Shown piece by piece: positions 1-10,113 of a stretch of DNA of 64,000 bases. Below the pieces are notes generated by a model. It saw only the letters and a list, made by a program, of their open reading frames with translations, did not search any database and was not told the origin of the DNA. Each line of letters begins with the position of its first letter. The first letter of the stretch is position 1. The translations under genes and the position numbers were made by a program. Source of the stretch: a virus; IMG/VR virus record IMGVR_UViG_3300041405_000166, positions 26,792 to 90,791 of that record; one strand, written 5' to 3'.

Positions 1-1
1 C

Positions 2-136
2 GGGCGCCGGCTCCCGGAGTACTTCTGCTACCAGGATTTCCCCCAGGACCGCGCCCACCATTCCGGCGCACGTCTCCCGCGCAAAGTGGTGCTGCGTAAG
101 TTTGACCTGTTGGGGCGGGTAGAGAACGGGGCCTAG
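2..136 (+). CDS. 3' end of a probable neck/head-tail protein (partial)
   Basis: Open frame ...EYFCYQDFPQDRAHHSGARLPRKVVLRKFDLLGRVENGA* ending at TAG 134-136; its stop overlaps the convergent gene's stop in CTAG; position in the neck region. Confidence 0.5.
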   Translation, partial: GRRLPEYFCYQDFPQDRAHHSGARLPRKVVLRKFDLLGRVENGA

Positions 137-981
137 CCCCCGAAATCCAGTTTCACGGCTTCGCGGAACACTTCCTCTGCCAGTGGCGTCATGCGCTCGG
201 CGACTTGCTTGGCCAAGAACAGGCCAGGCTTCGCCGGGATGATCCAGCCGCTTGAGCCTTCCATCATCACCCTGAACGTCATGTACGAGCTGCGGCTTTC
301 GACGCCAGAACTCGACTCCATGCGCACCATGCCCGCGTACTTGTTCTGTACGTCCTTGCCATGTTTGGCCAGGTCGCCAGACTTGAGTGCGCCTGCCCAG
401 CGGTAATCGCGAGATGGCACGACGGAGCGGCCTTTGGTGTTCGGGTCCGAGGCAAACTGCGGTTGCTTGCGGGCGATCACCATGCCGGCCCCAGGGATCA
501 GGTGCACGGTCTGCCCGGCCAGGCGCTCGCCTTTGCCGACAATCAGGGATTTGGCTAGGTCGCGGGCCTGCTGGTAAACACCGAAGGGCATGGCGCTCTT
601 GCCATTGCCTGGTGTGTTGTGGCGAAACGGGATGATCAGAAAGCGTTTACCACTGGCGGTCCGGCGCACCTTGAGGCTCGTGTCGAGCATCTTCTTCAGG
701 TCACGCTCGGCGCGTCCGGTTTCGATCGCCTCGGCGTTCTTGTAGGTGGCGACCACTTCAGCCGAGAACGCGCCTTTGTAGTCCCAGGTGATCGACCTGG
801 CGTAGTCCTGGCGTTCCTTGGACCAGAGAGGGGCATTCATCACCGCTGACGTCCAGTCCCGGTGCGCCGCTGCGGCCACGGCGCCGACCGCTTCATGCAG
901 GCGCGGGAAAATCTCCTTGCTGAGGTTCGGCGCAAGGTTCATCAGTTCGGACAAATCGACGTTAATGCTGAAGTAGGCCAT
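133..981 (-). CDS. virion morphogenesis (neck/tail completion) protein, putative
   Basis: 282-aa ORF in the structural region, preceded by the TCGTGAC motif. Confidence 0.55.
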   Translation of the reverse strand: MAYFSINVDLSELMNLAPNLSKEIFPRLHEAVGAVAAAAHRDWTSAVMNAPLWSKERQDYARSITWDYKGAFSAEVVATYKNAEAIETGRAERDLKKMLDTSLKVRRTASGKRFLIIPFRHNTPGNGKSAMPFGVYQQARDLAKSLIVGKGERLAGQTVHLIPGAGMVIARKQPQFASDPNTKGRSVVPSRDYRWAGALKSGDLAKHGKDVQNKYAGMVRMESSSGVESRSSYMTFRVMMEGSSGWIIPAKPGLFLAKQVAERMTPLAEEVFREAVKLDFGG

Positions 982-1029
982 GGGTCTATGTTCACGTCAC
1001 GATCAGGTCGTGACCGCATCATCCTGCCC
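982..1029. promoter_or_regulatory. back-to-back pair of TCGTGAC-N3-A-N3-T putative late promoters
   Basis: GTCACGA at 996-1002 and TCGTGAC at 1008-1014; divergent ATGs lie 14 and 15 nt from the motifs. Confidence 0.75.
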
Positions 1030-1857
1030 ATGATCTCATTCGCGCAATCCCTCGCCATTGGCAATGCTGTTCGCATTGTCCTCTCGCCACCAGCTGGTGC
1101 TACGCGTTGGCGCCTGCTGCGCAAAGCGACTGACACTTTCACCGGGCAGGATGATCCGGCGGCGCTGGTGGTGCTGGACAGCAAGCAGACCATCAGTGCA
1201 GTGGATCGCCAGTCGCTGACCAATACCAGTACCTATTTCTATCGCCTCTACTCCCTGACCGGTTCGACCTGGGCGCCTTCGGCGACGGTGCCGGTCACGG
1301 TGACTGCCGATTACCAGGAAGTAACCGATGACGTCCTTACGATGGTGCTCGATCGCCTGAACCAGGGCCTGTTTGTCGAGCTCCAGCGCGGCAAGCTCAA
1401 ACACCCGAATAACCGTATTCCAGTGCTGTCCGCGTTCCCTTTCACGAAGGAAATTGCCTGGCCTGTCGTGACAGTACATTTGTCGTCGGATGGATCGGAT
1501 GGTCGTGGCATCGGTGAAACGCTGGCGCCAGATGAGTTTGATGGAGACGACTGGGAGGTCGGTGAAGGCTGGTTGTCCCGTGTACGCCTGGACATCATCG
1601 GCTGGTCGCAGAACGCGATCGAGCGTCAGTCACTGCGGCAAGCCATTCGCCGCGTGATCATCGCCAACCTTCCTGTCTTCGACAGCGCTGGGATGATCCA
1701 GATCGACCTGAGTCAGTCGGACACCGAAGAGCCGAACGGCGACAAGAACACCGTAATTTACAAAAGCGTGGGCAGTTTCTCCTGTGTTGCACCGGTGCAG
1801 ATCGTCAGCAAGCAGGATGAAATCATCGACGTTGAATTGACTGTAACCATGCCGTAG
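1030..1857 (+). CDS. tail completion/terminator-like structural protein
   Basis: Starts MISFAQSL; lies just upstream of the sheath; VVTVHL...IIGWS motif typical of tail-completion proteins. Confidence 0.55.
   Translation: MISFAQSLAIGNAVRIVLSPPAGATRWRLLRKATDTFTGQDDPAALVVLDSKQTISAVDRQSLTNTSTYFYRLYSLTGSTWAPSATVPVTVTADYQEVTDDVLTMVLDRLNQGLFVELQRGKLKHPNNRIPVLSAFPFTKEIAWPVVTVHLSSDGSDGRGIGETLAPDEFDGDDWEVGEGWLSRVRLDIIGWSQNAIERQSLRQAIRRVIIANLPVFDSAGMIQIDLSQSDTEEPNGDKNTVIYKSVGSFSCVAPVQIVSKQDEIIDVELTVTMP
1466..1480 (+). promoter_or_regulatory. internal putative late promoter upstream of the sheath operon
   Basis: TCGTGAC-AG-TACATT. Confidence 0.5.
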
Positions 1858-1887
1858 AGCGGCAAAACCCACCTAAAGGTGATCGCT

Positions 1888-2157
1888 ATGAGCAAGACCG
1901 AAGGAAAAGCCGCTCCGGCCCAACCCGCTGAAACAGCGGGCACTGGTGAGAGCGTAACTGCTGTGGCTCCGACCCAACCCAATGATGGCGACTTTCCGTT
2001 GACCCTCACTGAGTTCTGCACGCAGCTGTCGAGCAAAGATAAACGCGTGGCCCTGATCGGTGGTTTTCATCACACCGAAACTGCGGCTGGCACCATCAAG
2101 GACACCGTAGCCGCGTTCACCACGCGCTATGAGGCCTTCATCAACCAACCTGCGTGA
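1888..2157 (+). CDS. small protein preceding the sheath gene
   Basis: About 89-aa ORF, AAGGTG RBS, operon context. Confidence 0.6.
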   Translation: MSKTEGKAAPAQPAETAGTGESVTAVAPTQPNDGDFPLTLTEFCTQLSSKDKRVALIGGFHHTETAAGTIKDTVAAFTTRYEAFINQPA

Positions 2158-2168
2158 GGGCCTGACAA

Positions 2169-3887
2169 ATGCCTGTTTTCTTTAATGGCCGGTTGTGGAT
2201 CTCTCCGGCAACCATGAGTGTGGTGGATGATTCCGCCATGTTCAACCGCGGCCTATCGGTCGCCAACGTGCAAGCCATCATCGGTCGATCGGTGGCCGGT
2301 AAACCGAATACCGCTCTGCGGTTTGGCAGCCCATCCGAGGCCCGTGCCGCTCTTCAGGGTGGCGAAGGCTTGAAGGCCATCGAAAAGGCGTTTGATCCGT
2401 CGTCCCAGACTGGTGCGGCATCGACGATCATTTTTGTTCGGGTCAACCCGGCTGTCCAAGCGACCTTGGACCTCAGCGACCTGACGCCGGTGACCGTGGT
2501 CAATCTCAAGTCGACCGACTATGGCCTGGTGGCAAACCAGGTGAAGTTCAAGATCGAGACGGCCACCAACCGCGGCATGAAGGTGTCGACTCAGCGCGGC
2601 GACGATTACTACACTCAGGACGACGTTCACCGCGACGCCTTCCAAGTGCAGTACATCGGTGCGGCAGCTACTGGCGTCATGTCCATCACCGGAACCTCGG
2701 TGGTGTTGCAAGCGCCAACTGGCACTACCGTCGCGACCATCGACCTGAACACCTACAAATCGGTTCAGGAGCTTGTTGATCGCATCAATGCGGTTACCGG
2801 CTTCAGTGCTTCGGTGCTAGATGGCAACGCCAACAAGCCAGCGCTGAATGGTCTGGATTACATCAGTGTCCAGGACATCAAAACTGCGGCCTACACTGCC
2901 CGTGCCGACCTCCAGGCCTTCGTTGATTACATCAACGGCACCGCTGAAGGGTTTGTCGATGCGGTCCGGGTAGCTGGTGTGGGTAGTCCGCCCGCGAACA
3001 TCAACTGGACCTACCTGTCCGGTGGTTCCGACGGTACCGTCACCAACCAGAACTGGTCGGATGCCTATGACGAAGTGCTGCAGGCTGAAGACGTGCAGTG
3101 GGTAACTCCGCTGAGCAGTGACCCAGCCATCCATGCGATGAACGACTCGCACTGCGCCTACATGTCGAACATCGCACGCATGGAGCGTCGCGGTACAGTC
3201 GGCACCGCTTTGGCCACCACGGATGATCTGGCGATTGCAGCGGCTAAGGCCCTGAATAGCGATCGCACCTCGCTGGTCCACCTCGGGTTCTACGATTACG
3301 ACGACGCCGGCACGCTGACGCTGTTCGAACCGTACATCCTGGCAGCCCAGATTGCTGGTGCGTTCTGCGGCAGCAACCCTGGCACCGCCATGACCAACAA
3401 GGCGCTGAAGGTTCGCGGCCTGGAACGCAAGTTGCGCAACCCAACCGACACTGATCGCCTGATCACCGGCGGCGTGTTGTGCGTCGAGGATGTCCCGACC
3501 GGCTTCAAGGTTGTGCAGTCGATCAGCACCTGGTTGATCAACGACAACTACAACCGAGTCGAGCAATCGGTCGGTGTGGCGCTGGACTTCACCGCTCGCA
3601 ACGTGCGTCAGGCGCTGGACGTGTTGCGCGGTGAGAAAGCCAACCCGATCACCATGGCTCGCGCCCGGACGATCGTGGAAAGCACGCTGCGCCAACTGGC
3701 CATGTCGGAGCCTCAAGGTCCGGGTGTGCTGGCCGGTGACGCCGAAAACCCGGCTTACAAAAACATCAAGGTGTCCATCGAGGGCGACGTCCTGCGCGTT
3801 GAGTTCCAGTGCAGCCCAGTCATTCCGGTGAACTACATTCCTGTCACCATCTTCGCGGTGCCGTTCAGCGGCAGCGCATCCGCGTAA
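2169..3887 (+). CDS. contractile tail sheath protein
   Basis: 572 aa; LSGGSDG motif; C-terminal ...PVIPVNYIPVT; followed by the tube gene. Confidence 0.9.
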   Translation: MPVFFNGRLWISPATMSVVDDSAMFNRGLSVANVQAIIGRSVAGKPNTALRFGSPSEARAALQGGEGLKAIEKAFDPSSQTGAASTIIFVRVNPAVQATLDLSDLTPVTVVNLKSTDYGLVANQVKFKIETATNRGMKVSTQRGDDYYTQDDVHRDAFQVQYIGAAATGVMSITGTSVVLQAPTGTTVATIDLNTYKSVQELVDRINAVTGFSASVLDGNANKPALNGLDYISVQDIKTAAYTARADLQAFVDYINGTAEGFVDAVRVAGVGSPPANINWTYLSGGSDGTVTNQNWSDAYDEVLQAEDVQWVTPLSSDPAIHAMNDSHCAYMSNIARMERRGTVGTALATTDDLAIAAAKALNSDRTSLVHLGFYDYDDAGTLTLFEPYILAAQIAGAFCGSNPGTAMTNKALKVRGLERKLRNPTDTDRLITGGVLCVEDVPTGFKVVQSISTWLINDNYNRVEQSVGVALDFTARNVRQALDVLRGEKANPITMARARTIVESTLRQLAMSEPQGPGVLAGDAENPAYKNIKVSIEGDVLRVEFQCSPVIPVNYIPVTIFAVPFSGSASA

Positions 3888-3899
3888 GGGGCGTAGAAA

Positions 3900-4325
3900 A
3901 TGTCCAGAGAGAATCTACAAACGCGCACCGGTAACCGGATTGTCGTGCTGTTCGACGGCAAACAGGTTGGTCTGGTGCAGAGCGTGGGCATGAGTGATGA
4001 CTATGCCCCTGAGCCAGCCAGCGGTATCGGTGACATCCATGTCGCCGAATACGTACCGACCATGGCCCGTCACTCGCTTAACGTGTCGGCCATGGTGTTG
4101 AACCGTGGTTCGCTGCGTGATGCGGGTATCAATGCCGAGAACGGTGACGATATGCTGCGCGGCCTGGTGTTCGACATCGTGGCATTGTCCAAGGATGACG
4201 GCACTCAGCTGCGTAAATACATCAGCTGCTCCTACGCTTCCGGTTCGATGGAAGTGTCGAAGCATGCGATCGTGATGGCCAACGCGACGTTCAACGCACT
4301 TGATGTAACGGGTTCCGGCGGTTAA
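3900..4325 (+). CDS. tail tube protein
   Basis: 141 aa directly after the sheath; TGNRIVVLFDGKQVG...GIGDIH motif. Confidence 0.85.
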   Translation: MSRENLQTRTGNRIVVLFDGKQVGLVQSVGMSDDYAPEPASGIGDIHVAEYVPTMARHSLNVSAMVLNRGSLRDAGINAENGDDMLRGLVFDIVALSKDDGTQLRKYISCSYASGSMEVSKHAIVMANATFNALDVTGSGG

Positions 4326-4347
4326 TCGCTGGCCCGACTGATCTGAC

Positions 4348-4369
4348 GCGGCCCTACGGGGCCGTTTTT
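4348..4369 (+). terminator. intrinsic terminator
   Basis: CGGCCC-TACG-GGGCCG-TTTTT. Confidence 0.7.
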
Positions 4370-4371
4370 CC

Positions 4372-4794
4372 ATGAGTGATAAAAAGGATTACTCCATGCG
4401 TATCGAAAGCAGCAACGATTTCCCAGTAGCCGTCGAAGGTATCGGCACGTTCATGTTTGGCTATCGCAAGCTGGCCGATGAATTGCGGATCCAGGTCGAG
4501 TACGCCCGTATTACCGAAGGAGTTCAGGCCACTGTTTGGCTGTTCAATCTGGCCACCTACCTGTCCGCGCTGCGGGTACTGATGGTCAAGGCGCCTAATG
4601 GCTGGGACCTTGAAGAGCTGGATCCGCTGGATGAAGACACCTTCATTCAAATCGAGCGAGTATTTACGGAGCTCCGCGCCAAGGAGGACTCTTTTCGTCC
4701 GAAACGCCGAAAAGCAGGCGAAGCGCCTGGCAAAGCAGATGTACCAGACGATGGGCTTTTGGTTCCGGAGAAAGTACAACCTGCCGCCGAATGA
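4372..4794 (+). CDS. tail assembly chaperone (G-like)
   Basis: Acidic 140-aa ORF between tube and tape measure. Confidence 0.75.
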   Translation: MSDKKDYSMRIESSNDFPVAVEGIGTFMFGYRKLADELRIQVEYARITEGVQATVWLFNLATYLSALRVLMVKAPNGWDLEELDPLDEDTFIQIERVFTELRAKEDSFRPKRRKAGEAPGKADVPDDGLLVPEKVQPAAE

Positions 4795-4996
4795 TCCTCG
4801 TTACCTTGAGCTGACGGCCGATCAAATCATGGCCGAATATTGGGCGCATCAGTACGCGGAGAAAGGCATTCAGGACGAAGTCGAGGATGAAGATTTCGAC
4901 ATGGCTGCTGAAGTGGCGCGCATCAACGCTGAAGCTGAGGCTGAAGTGGCAAACATTCCGCCTGACCAATGGGAGCTTATAGACCTTGAGCAATGA
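4694..4996 (+). CDS. tail assembly chaperone T-like segment (probably reached by frameshift)
   Basis: Overlapping +1 frame, WFRRKYNLPPNDPRY motif, ends at the tape measure start. Confidence 0.6.
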   Translation, partial: FVRNAEKQAKRLAKQMYQTMGFWFRRKYNLPPNDPRYLELTADQIMAEYWAHQYAEKGIQDEVEDEDFDMAAEVARINAEAEAEVANIPPDQWELIDLEQ

Positions 4997-7736
4997 CATT
5001 CGCATTGGCGTAAACGCCGACACCAGCAACACCACGTCTGGACTCTCGAGCGTCGAAACCGGTGCGAAAAAAGTCGTCGACAGGGTCAAGCAAATCGAGG
5101 AGGCGTCGACCAAGGCCGGCGTCAGCCTCAAACGGCTTGAGGCGATCGCGGCAACCTTGTCCAAGGAAATGGGCCGGGCGATCAATCCCAAGCAGGCCGA
5201 AGAGTTCCTGCGTAACTTCGAAAAGATCCGCACGAATAGGAACATCAGTGGTGGGTCGAAGATCCGACAGTTCGGCAGCTTTGAGGACTGGCATGCGCAG
5301 AATCACACGCTGTTCCTGAATCGTCGCGATGCAGAAAACTACAAGCGGCGAGTGTTCAACTTTGCCGGTGGTGGTTTGCCCCTGGGCGCTGGTGCTGCAC
5401 CGCCCCATTCCGCGAATCCGCATGTGGCGGCTAATACGCCTGGTTATGGTCGATCGCCTGCGTTTGGTGCTGCTGCCTCCTCAGGCATGAGCGGGTTGAA
5501 GATGGCTGCGGGTGCTGGCCTGGCCCTGGCCGGTATCACCAGCGTGATGGCGATGGCGGGGCGCGCGGTGGATCTGGCTCGCCAGGAGTCCACCAGCACG
5601 GACCAGTTGCTGCGCAGTGTCGGCGACTTGGATAAGACTTTCGATGATCTGCGCTCGCGGGTGCGCTCCTCGGGTGAGGGCCTTGGCGTCCTCTATACCG
5701 AGTCGGCGGCGCTGGCCAAGCAATACGCGAAAATCAACAATGGCGACGGCGGCGATATCGGCGGCAACGTCCGCACCGGCCTTGGGCTTGCGCGTGGTTA
5801 TGGTCTTGAGCTCGGCGAGGGTGTTGGGTTCATGGCCCAGGCGCGGCACTTCGGCCAGGTGGGATCGGATGACAAGGACGGTCGCAAGTTCGCCTTGATG
5901 ATCGCTGAGAGTATCGAGAAAGGCGGCAACACGGCCAAGGCCGGTGAAGTTCTGACGGCTGTCACCAACTTCAGCTCCCAGGTCGCCCGGTTAGCGCTGA
6001 CGGCTCCGAACGCGTCCGGGTTTGCCGGTGCGCTGGCTGGGCTTACATCGACGCATACGCCTGGCCTGGATCCGAACAACGCCGCTTCGATGCTGATGCA
6101 GGTGGATGGTGCGATTCGCCAGGGTGGCGGTATGGGTGAAGCCGGCTTGAACTTCACCTACGGCGCACTCTCCCGGGCAATGCCTGGGATTGATCCGATT
6201 ATGGCCAAGGCGGTCATGGAGCAAGGTGCTTTCGGCTCCGGGATCTCGCCTCAGGTCGCCGAGTACGCCAAGCGCAACGGCATCAAAACACCGAACTTCA
6301 GCGGTCAGGATAACCTGTCGTTGGTGATGGGTGAGATGGACAAGCAATACGGCAACAGCATGGCCAAGCTGGACGCGACCAAAAACTATTTTGGTTTGAA
6401 CAGCCTGTCGCAAGCCGCGGCAATTTCCAACATGGACCGCAAAAAACTCGGCGGCCTGCAGGGTCTGATCGGCAACGACATCAGCAAGCTGAGCGCGTCG
6501 GGCATCCAGAACGTGGCGCGGATCGGTTCGGCTGACGATGGCGAACTAAAATCGATTGCCGCGAAGTTGCTGAAGGACGATCGCCTGACCGACACCGAGA
6601 AAGGTTCGATCTCCAAGAACCTCGAAAGCGGCAACATGGACGACCTGCGCTCGACTATGGCCAAGGCTGTCGCCGTGCGCGAACAGGAAAAGAACATAGG
6701 CACCGAGACGCGTGACGCTGTCGCCGAGCTCAACAACACGCTGACCAAGATTGGCGGCCAGATTCTACCGGTCATCAGCGGGATTCAGGAAGGTGTGGTG
6801 GCGATGGCGATGGCGCTGTCGCCGACTTCTGATTACGCCAAAAAGATGAAATTGGAACAAGGCCTCGGCGTGTACCAGGCGCAGAAAGTCGACTTGGTGG
6901 CGGGGCATGGCCGGCAGATGGACCGGCTCGAGCAGAGTTTATCGGAGCGTGGGATTACTGGTCCGCGCCGTGAGCAGGCCATGAAAAACCTGAAGGACCT
7001 GCAGGCTGAAGAGCTCTACAAGTTCACGCGGGAAAACGGCGACTACGAAAAACTGATGCAGCAACAGTCAGCGTCTCCGGCCTCAGGTGGTGCAGCCTCT
7101 GACGCCAATGGCGCGATCGATCTTGGTCCTCTGGATGAAAGTGCTTCGGCGGATGGTGGGGCGCAAGTCGGCAAGGTGAAGTTCACTGCTGACGAACTGA
7201 AGACCTTGGAAAAGGCCGCTGGTGGTGATCCGCGCAAACTGAGCATGATGAAGCGTCTACTGGCCATCGAAAACCGCGGCTTCGGCAAGCTGAACTATTC
7301 AGCGAACAGTCCTAAAGGGGCGGCCGGTCCGTTCCAGATCATGCCGGATACTGGCGCGGCCTACGGGGTGAAGGATCCGAACAACCTGGAGGACGCGGCG
7401 GGTGGTATGTCGAAGTTTATCGACGATCTCGGCAAGCAGTACAACTGGAACGAACAAGCCATGATGGCCCACTACAACGGCGGCACCAAAGCCGGTAAAG
7501 CAGTGGCGGACGGTGGTCCAGCGCCTTACGCGGAAACACGGGATTACCTGGCCACCGCCGATGGCTTGACCGGGAATGTTCCCGCGGGTGGTTCTGCTGG
7601 TGGTGCCGAACCAGTGCGCGTTGAGCTGAGCTTAAATGGTACGCTGCACGGCAATGGTGGTCAGGACAAGGTCGGTGATATCGAACCTCAACAGACCACC
7701 TTCTCCTTACCGATGGCTGCCGGGGCGCGAAGATGA
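4986..7736 (+). CDS. tape measure protein with C-terminal SLT lytic transglycosylase domain
   Basis: 916 aa, Ala/Gly-rich helical; AIEN...GPFQIMP...AHYNGG...ETRDY SLT motifs. Confidence 0.9.
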   Translation: MSNDIRIGVNADTSNTTSGLSSVETGAKKVVDRVKQIEEASTKAGVSLKRLEAIAATLSKEMGRAINPKQAEEFLRNFEKIRTNRNISGGSKIRQFGSFEDWHAQNHTLFLNRRDAENYKRRVFNFAGGGLPLGAGAAPPHSANPHVAANTPGYGRSPAFGAAASSGMSGLKMAAGAGLALAGITSVMAMAGRAVDLARQESTSTDQLLRSVGDLDKTFDDLRSRVRSSGEGLGVLYTESAALAKQYAKINNGDGGDIGGNVRTGLGLARGYGLELGEGVGFMAQARHFGQVGSDDKDGRKFALMIAESIEKGGNTAKAGEVLTAVTNFSSQVARLALTAPNASGFAGALAGLTSTHTPGLDPNNAASMLMQVDGAIRQGGGMGEAGLNFTYGALSRAMPGIDPIMAKAVMEQGAFGSGISPQVAEYAKRNGIKTPNFSGQDNLSLVMGEMDKQYGNSMAKLDATKNYFGLNSLSQAAAISNMDRKKLGGLQGLIGNDISKLSASGIQNVARIGSADDGELKSIAAKLLKDDRLTDTEKGSISKNLESGNMDDLRSTMAKAVAVREQEKNIGTETRDAVAELNNTLTKIGGQILPVISGIQEGVVAMAMALSPTSDYAKKMKLEQGLGVYQAQKVDLVAGHGRQMDRLEQSLSERGITGPRREQAMKNLKDLQAEELYKFTRENGDYEKLMQQQSASPASGGAASDANGAIDLGPLDESASADGGAQVGKVKFTADELKTLEKAAGGDPRKLSMMKRLLAIENRGFGKLNYSANSPKGAAGPFQIMPDTGAAYGVKDPNNLEDAAGGMSKFIDDLGKQYNWNEQAMMAHYNGGTKAGKAVADGGPAPYAETRDYLATADGLTGNVPAGGSAGGAEPVRVELSLNGTLHGNGGQDKVGDIEPQQTTFSLPMAAGARR

Positions 7737-9337
7737 AAAATACCAGGACACCAATTCCGGTTCACGAACCACAAATCAGCGTGCTGCTGCTGAAGAACGT
7801 GGCGCGTGATTATGTCGCCGGTGGTGACGGGCTTGGCACTGAGGCGCCGGCTTCTGGTCGTTTCCAGGGCGTACAGAACCGAATCGATCTGACGCCATAC
7901 CTGGGCGAAGGTGGTGGTGTCCGGACGGCCAAGGGTGTCCGTGAGCCGGCGGGAAGCTTCACGGTGACGCTGGCGGACAAGATGTTCAATGGCGACAGCG
8001 CGCAGATGGAATCGTTGTACGGGCTCATTGAACCGATGGATGTCATTGAGATCCGTATGGCCCATGCGCCGACGAGCCCTGGAGTGGTCGTTGAATACCA
8101 GGGTCTGGCGGAACAGTTGCCAATCATCATGCGCGGCTTCGTCACGTCACCGCGCCGGGTCGAAAGCATAGATCCTAGTGGACGGCCTCAGCGCTCGATC
8201 ACTATCACGGGGATGGATTACGGCAAGCTGTGGCAGATTATTCAGATTCGCTACCTGGCCAACTACGTGTTGGGTCAGGAGCTGCTGACCACGCTGAAGT
8301 TTGCGCAGAACTACGGGGTCAACTCGAACGTCGATTTCACGCCCAATCAGTTCATTTATGAGGTGGTGCAGAGCGTGTTGAATTCGTTCACCACGAACAT
8401 GCGCACCAACTCGGGCATGGGCTTCGACGAGATGGGCGACAGCAATAGCCCGGTGCGTGACATCGAGGTTTTCGACCTGACGGTGCCGGATGCGCGCGTG
8501 TCGGCCTTCGGGGCGAACAGCTTCTCTGGCGGCACGCTGTACCAGATGCTCTGCCACTATGGCGACGTGGGTCCGTGGAACGAGTTGTACATGGAAGACC
8601 GTGAGGATGGCGTGGCGATCGTCTACCGCCCCAACCCGTTTTTCACGCCAGGCAATGACCTGGTGAATCCGCCGGCGGATCCCTACGAGCCGCCGGATGG
8701 CGAAGGCTTCGTGCAGGGCCTGGGCATCGTCACCATCGAGATCACCGATATCGACGTGATCAGTCTGAACACCGGGCGATCGGACGCGAATCTGGCCAAC
8801 TACTACTGGGTGGATAACCCGTCGTTCTCGCTGATCCAGGGCGAGACGCTGCGCCTGCAAGCAGCTGGGCTCAACCCTGAAACCTATTTCATCGAAAACT
8901 ACCGCAACAGTGCCCCCTGGCTGTATGGCTTGCGCATGATGCAGGTGCAGACCAATCAGGGTGGCCGCTTCGACTCGCAGAAAGAGCAGGAGCTGCTGGC
9001 CGGAAAAGGCGCATTGCAGTCCTGGTTAGATGAGCGCCGGGCGATCCTGGTGGCCAACAACCGGGACAACGTCGTGTTCGAGAACGGCCAGATGGTGCTC
9101 AAGGGTAACGAGCAGATCAAGGCCGGCATGTACCTGCGCCTGTGGCGGGGCAACATGTACGCTGATTACTACCTGACCCGGGTCGAGCATTCGTTTATGC
9201 CGTTCCGATCATTCATCACCACGGTGACGTTCGAGCGCGGTACCGGGTTCATCGAGCGGGCCAAACGTGGCAATGGGTTGCAGTCGCCGTATCTGGCGGA
9301 ACTGAATGGTGACGGTGTCTACAGGAGCGTCGAATGA
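7733..9337 (+). CDS. baseplate hub protein
   Basis: 534 aa after the tape measure; C-terminal YYLTRVEHSF...TTVTFERG typical of hub proteins. Confidence 0.7.
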   Translation: MKNTRTPIPVHEPQISVLLLKNVARDYVAGGDGLGTEAPASGRFQGVQNRIDLTPYLGEGGGVRTAKGVREPAGSFTVTLADKMFNGDSAQMESLYGLIEPMDVIEIRMAHAPTSPGVVVEYQGLAEQLPIIMRGFVTSPRRVESIDPSGRPQRSITITGMDYGKLWQIIQIRYLANYVLGQELLTTLKFAQNYGVNSNVDFTPNQFIYEVVQSVLNSFTTNMRTNSGMGFDEMGDSNSPVRDIEVFDLTVPDARVSAFGANSFSGGTLYQMLCHYGDVGPWNELYMEDREDGVAIVYRPNPFFTPGNDLVNPPADPYEPPDGEGFVQGLGIVTIEITDIDVISLNTGRSDANLANYYWVDNPSFSLIQGETLRLQAAGLNPETYFIENYRNSAPWLYGLRMMQVQTNQGGRFDSQKEQELLAGKGALQSWLDERRAILVANNRDNVVFENGQMVLKGNEQIKAGMYLRLWRGNMYADYYLTRVEHSFMPFRSFITTVTFERGTGFIERAKRGNGLQSPYLAELNGDGVYRSVE

Positions 9338-10113
9338 ACGGCAGCGGAATCAGTCTTGCGAAGGTCACTCGCGTGGTCCCTGGTGGCCATGCTGTCGACT
9401 TGCTGTTCATGGACACTGGCGATCGCGTACCAGCCGTGCAGGTGATGACCGGATATGCCAGTGGTGATACAGGTCTGGTTGACCTGGTGCAGCCAGACCA
9501 AGGCGAGGACCAGTGGGACCCGAGCCGTATTGGCGAGCGTGAGGTAATCGCCTGCGTCAGCTATTACAAAAACATCCCGGTGGTGATCGGCTTCCTGTTT
9601 CCTCAGGTCTGCCAAATGCTCTTCGATCGGCAGAACTTCAAGGTGGACCGGCACGCATCGGACGTTTACACGACGACCGATAATGACGGCAATCACGAGC
9701 TGTTCCATCCGTCCGGCACCTATCTGCGCATCGGCACGGCGCCAGCGCATGAGGACCTGACCGGGTTGGACTTCGACAAGAAGTGGGCGATCACTAAGAA
9801 CACCGACAAGGCCGTGCATGTGCATTTGTCGGTGCGCAATGCAGGCGCTGAGGTGGCCAGTCTGGATATCGATCCGGCGGGCAATGTCACCCTTGGGCAT
9901 TCCGGCAACTACACGCAGAACGTCGGTGGTGATTACGCGCTGATCGTGGCTGGAAACTCGTCCAAGAACGTGACCGGCTCGGAAACGCTCACGGCCGATA
10001 CAGTGCAGATCAACAGCACCACGCTCAAGCACAACACCAAAAACATCGGCGATACGCACACCCATGGTAGCGGTGCAGTGATCACGGGTATCACGCCGGT
10101 TCCAAACGCTTAG
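9334..10113 (+). CDS. baseplate spike (gpV-like)
   Basis: OB-fold-like N-terminus, beta-helix repeats, C-terminal HTH metal-binding motif (THTHG). Confidence 0.8.
   Translation: MNGSGISLAKVTRVVPGGHAVDLLFMDTGDRVPAVQVMTGYASGDTGLVDLVQPDQGEDQWDPSRIGEREVIACVSYYKNIPVVIGFLFPQVCQMLFDRQNFKVDRHASDVYTTTDNDGNHELFHPSGTYLRIGTAPAHEDLTGLDFDKKWAITKNTDKAVHVHLSVRNAGAEVASLDIDPAGNVTLGHSGNYTQNVGGDYALIVAGNSSKNVTGSETLTADTVQINSTTLKHNTKNIGDTHTHGSGAVITGITPVPNA

Noticed and set aside
862-1029. Upstream extension of the 862-1857 ORF
   Set aside because: Overlaps the divergent gene and promoter pair; ATG 1030 is preferred
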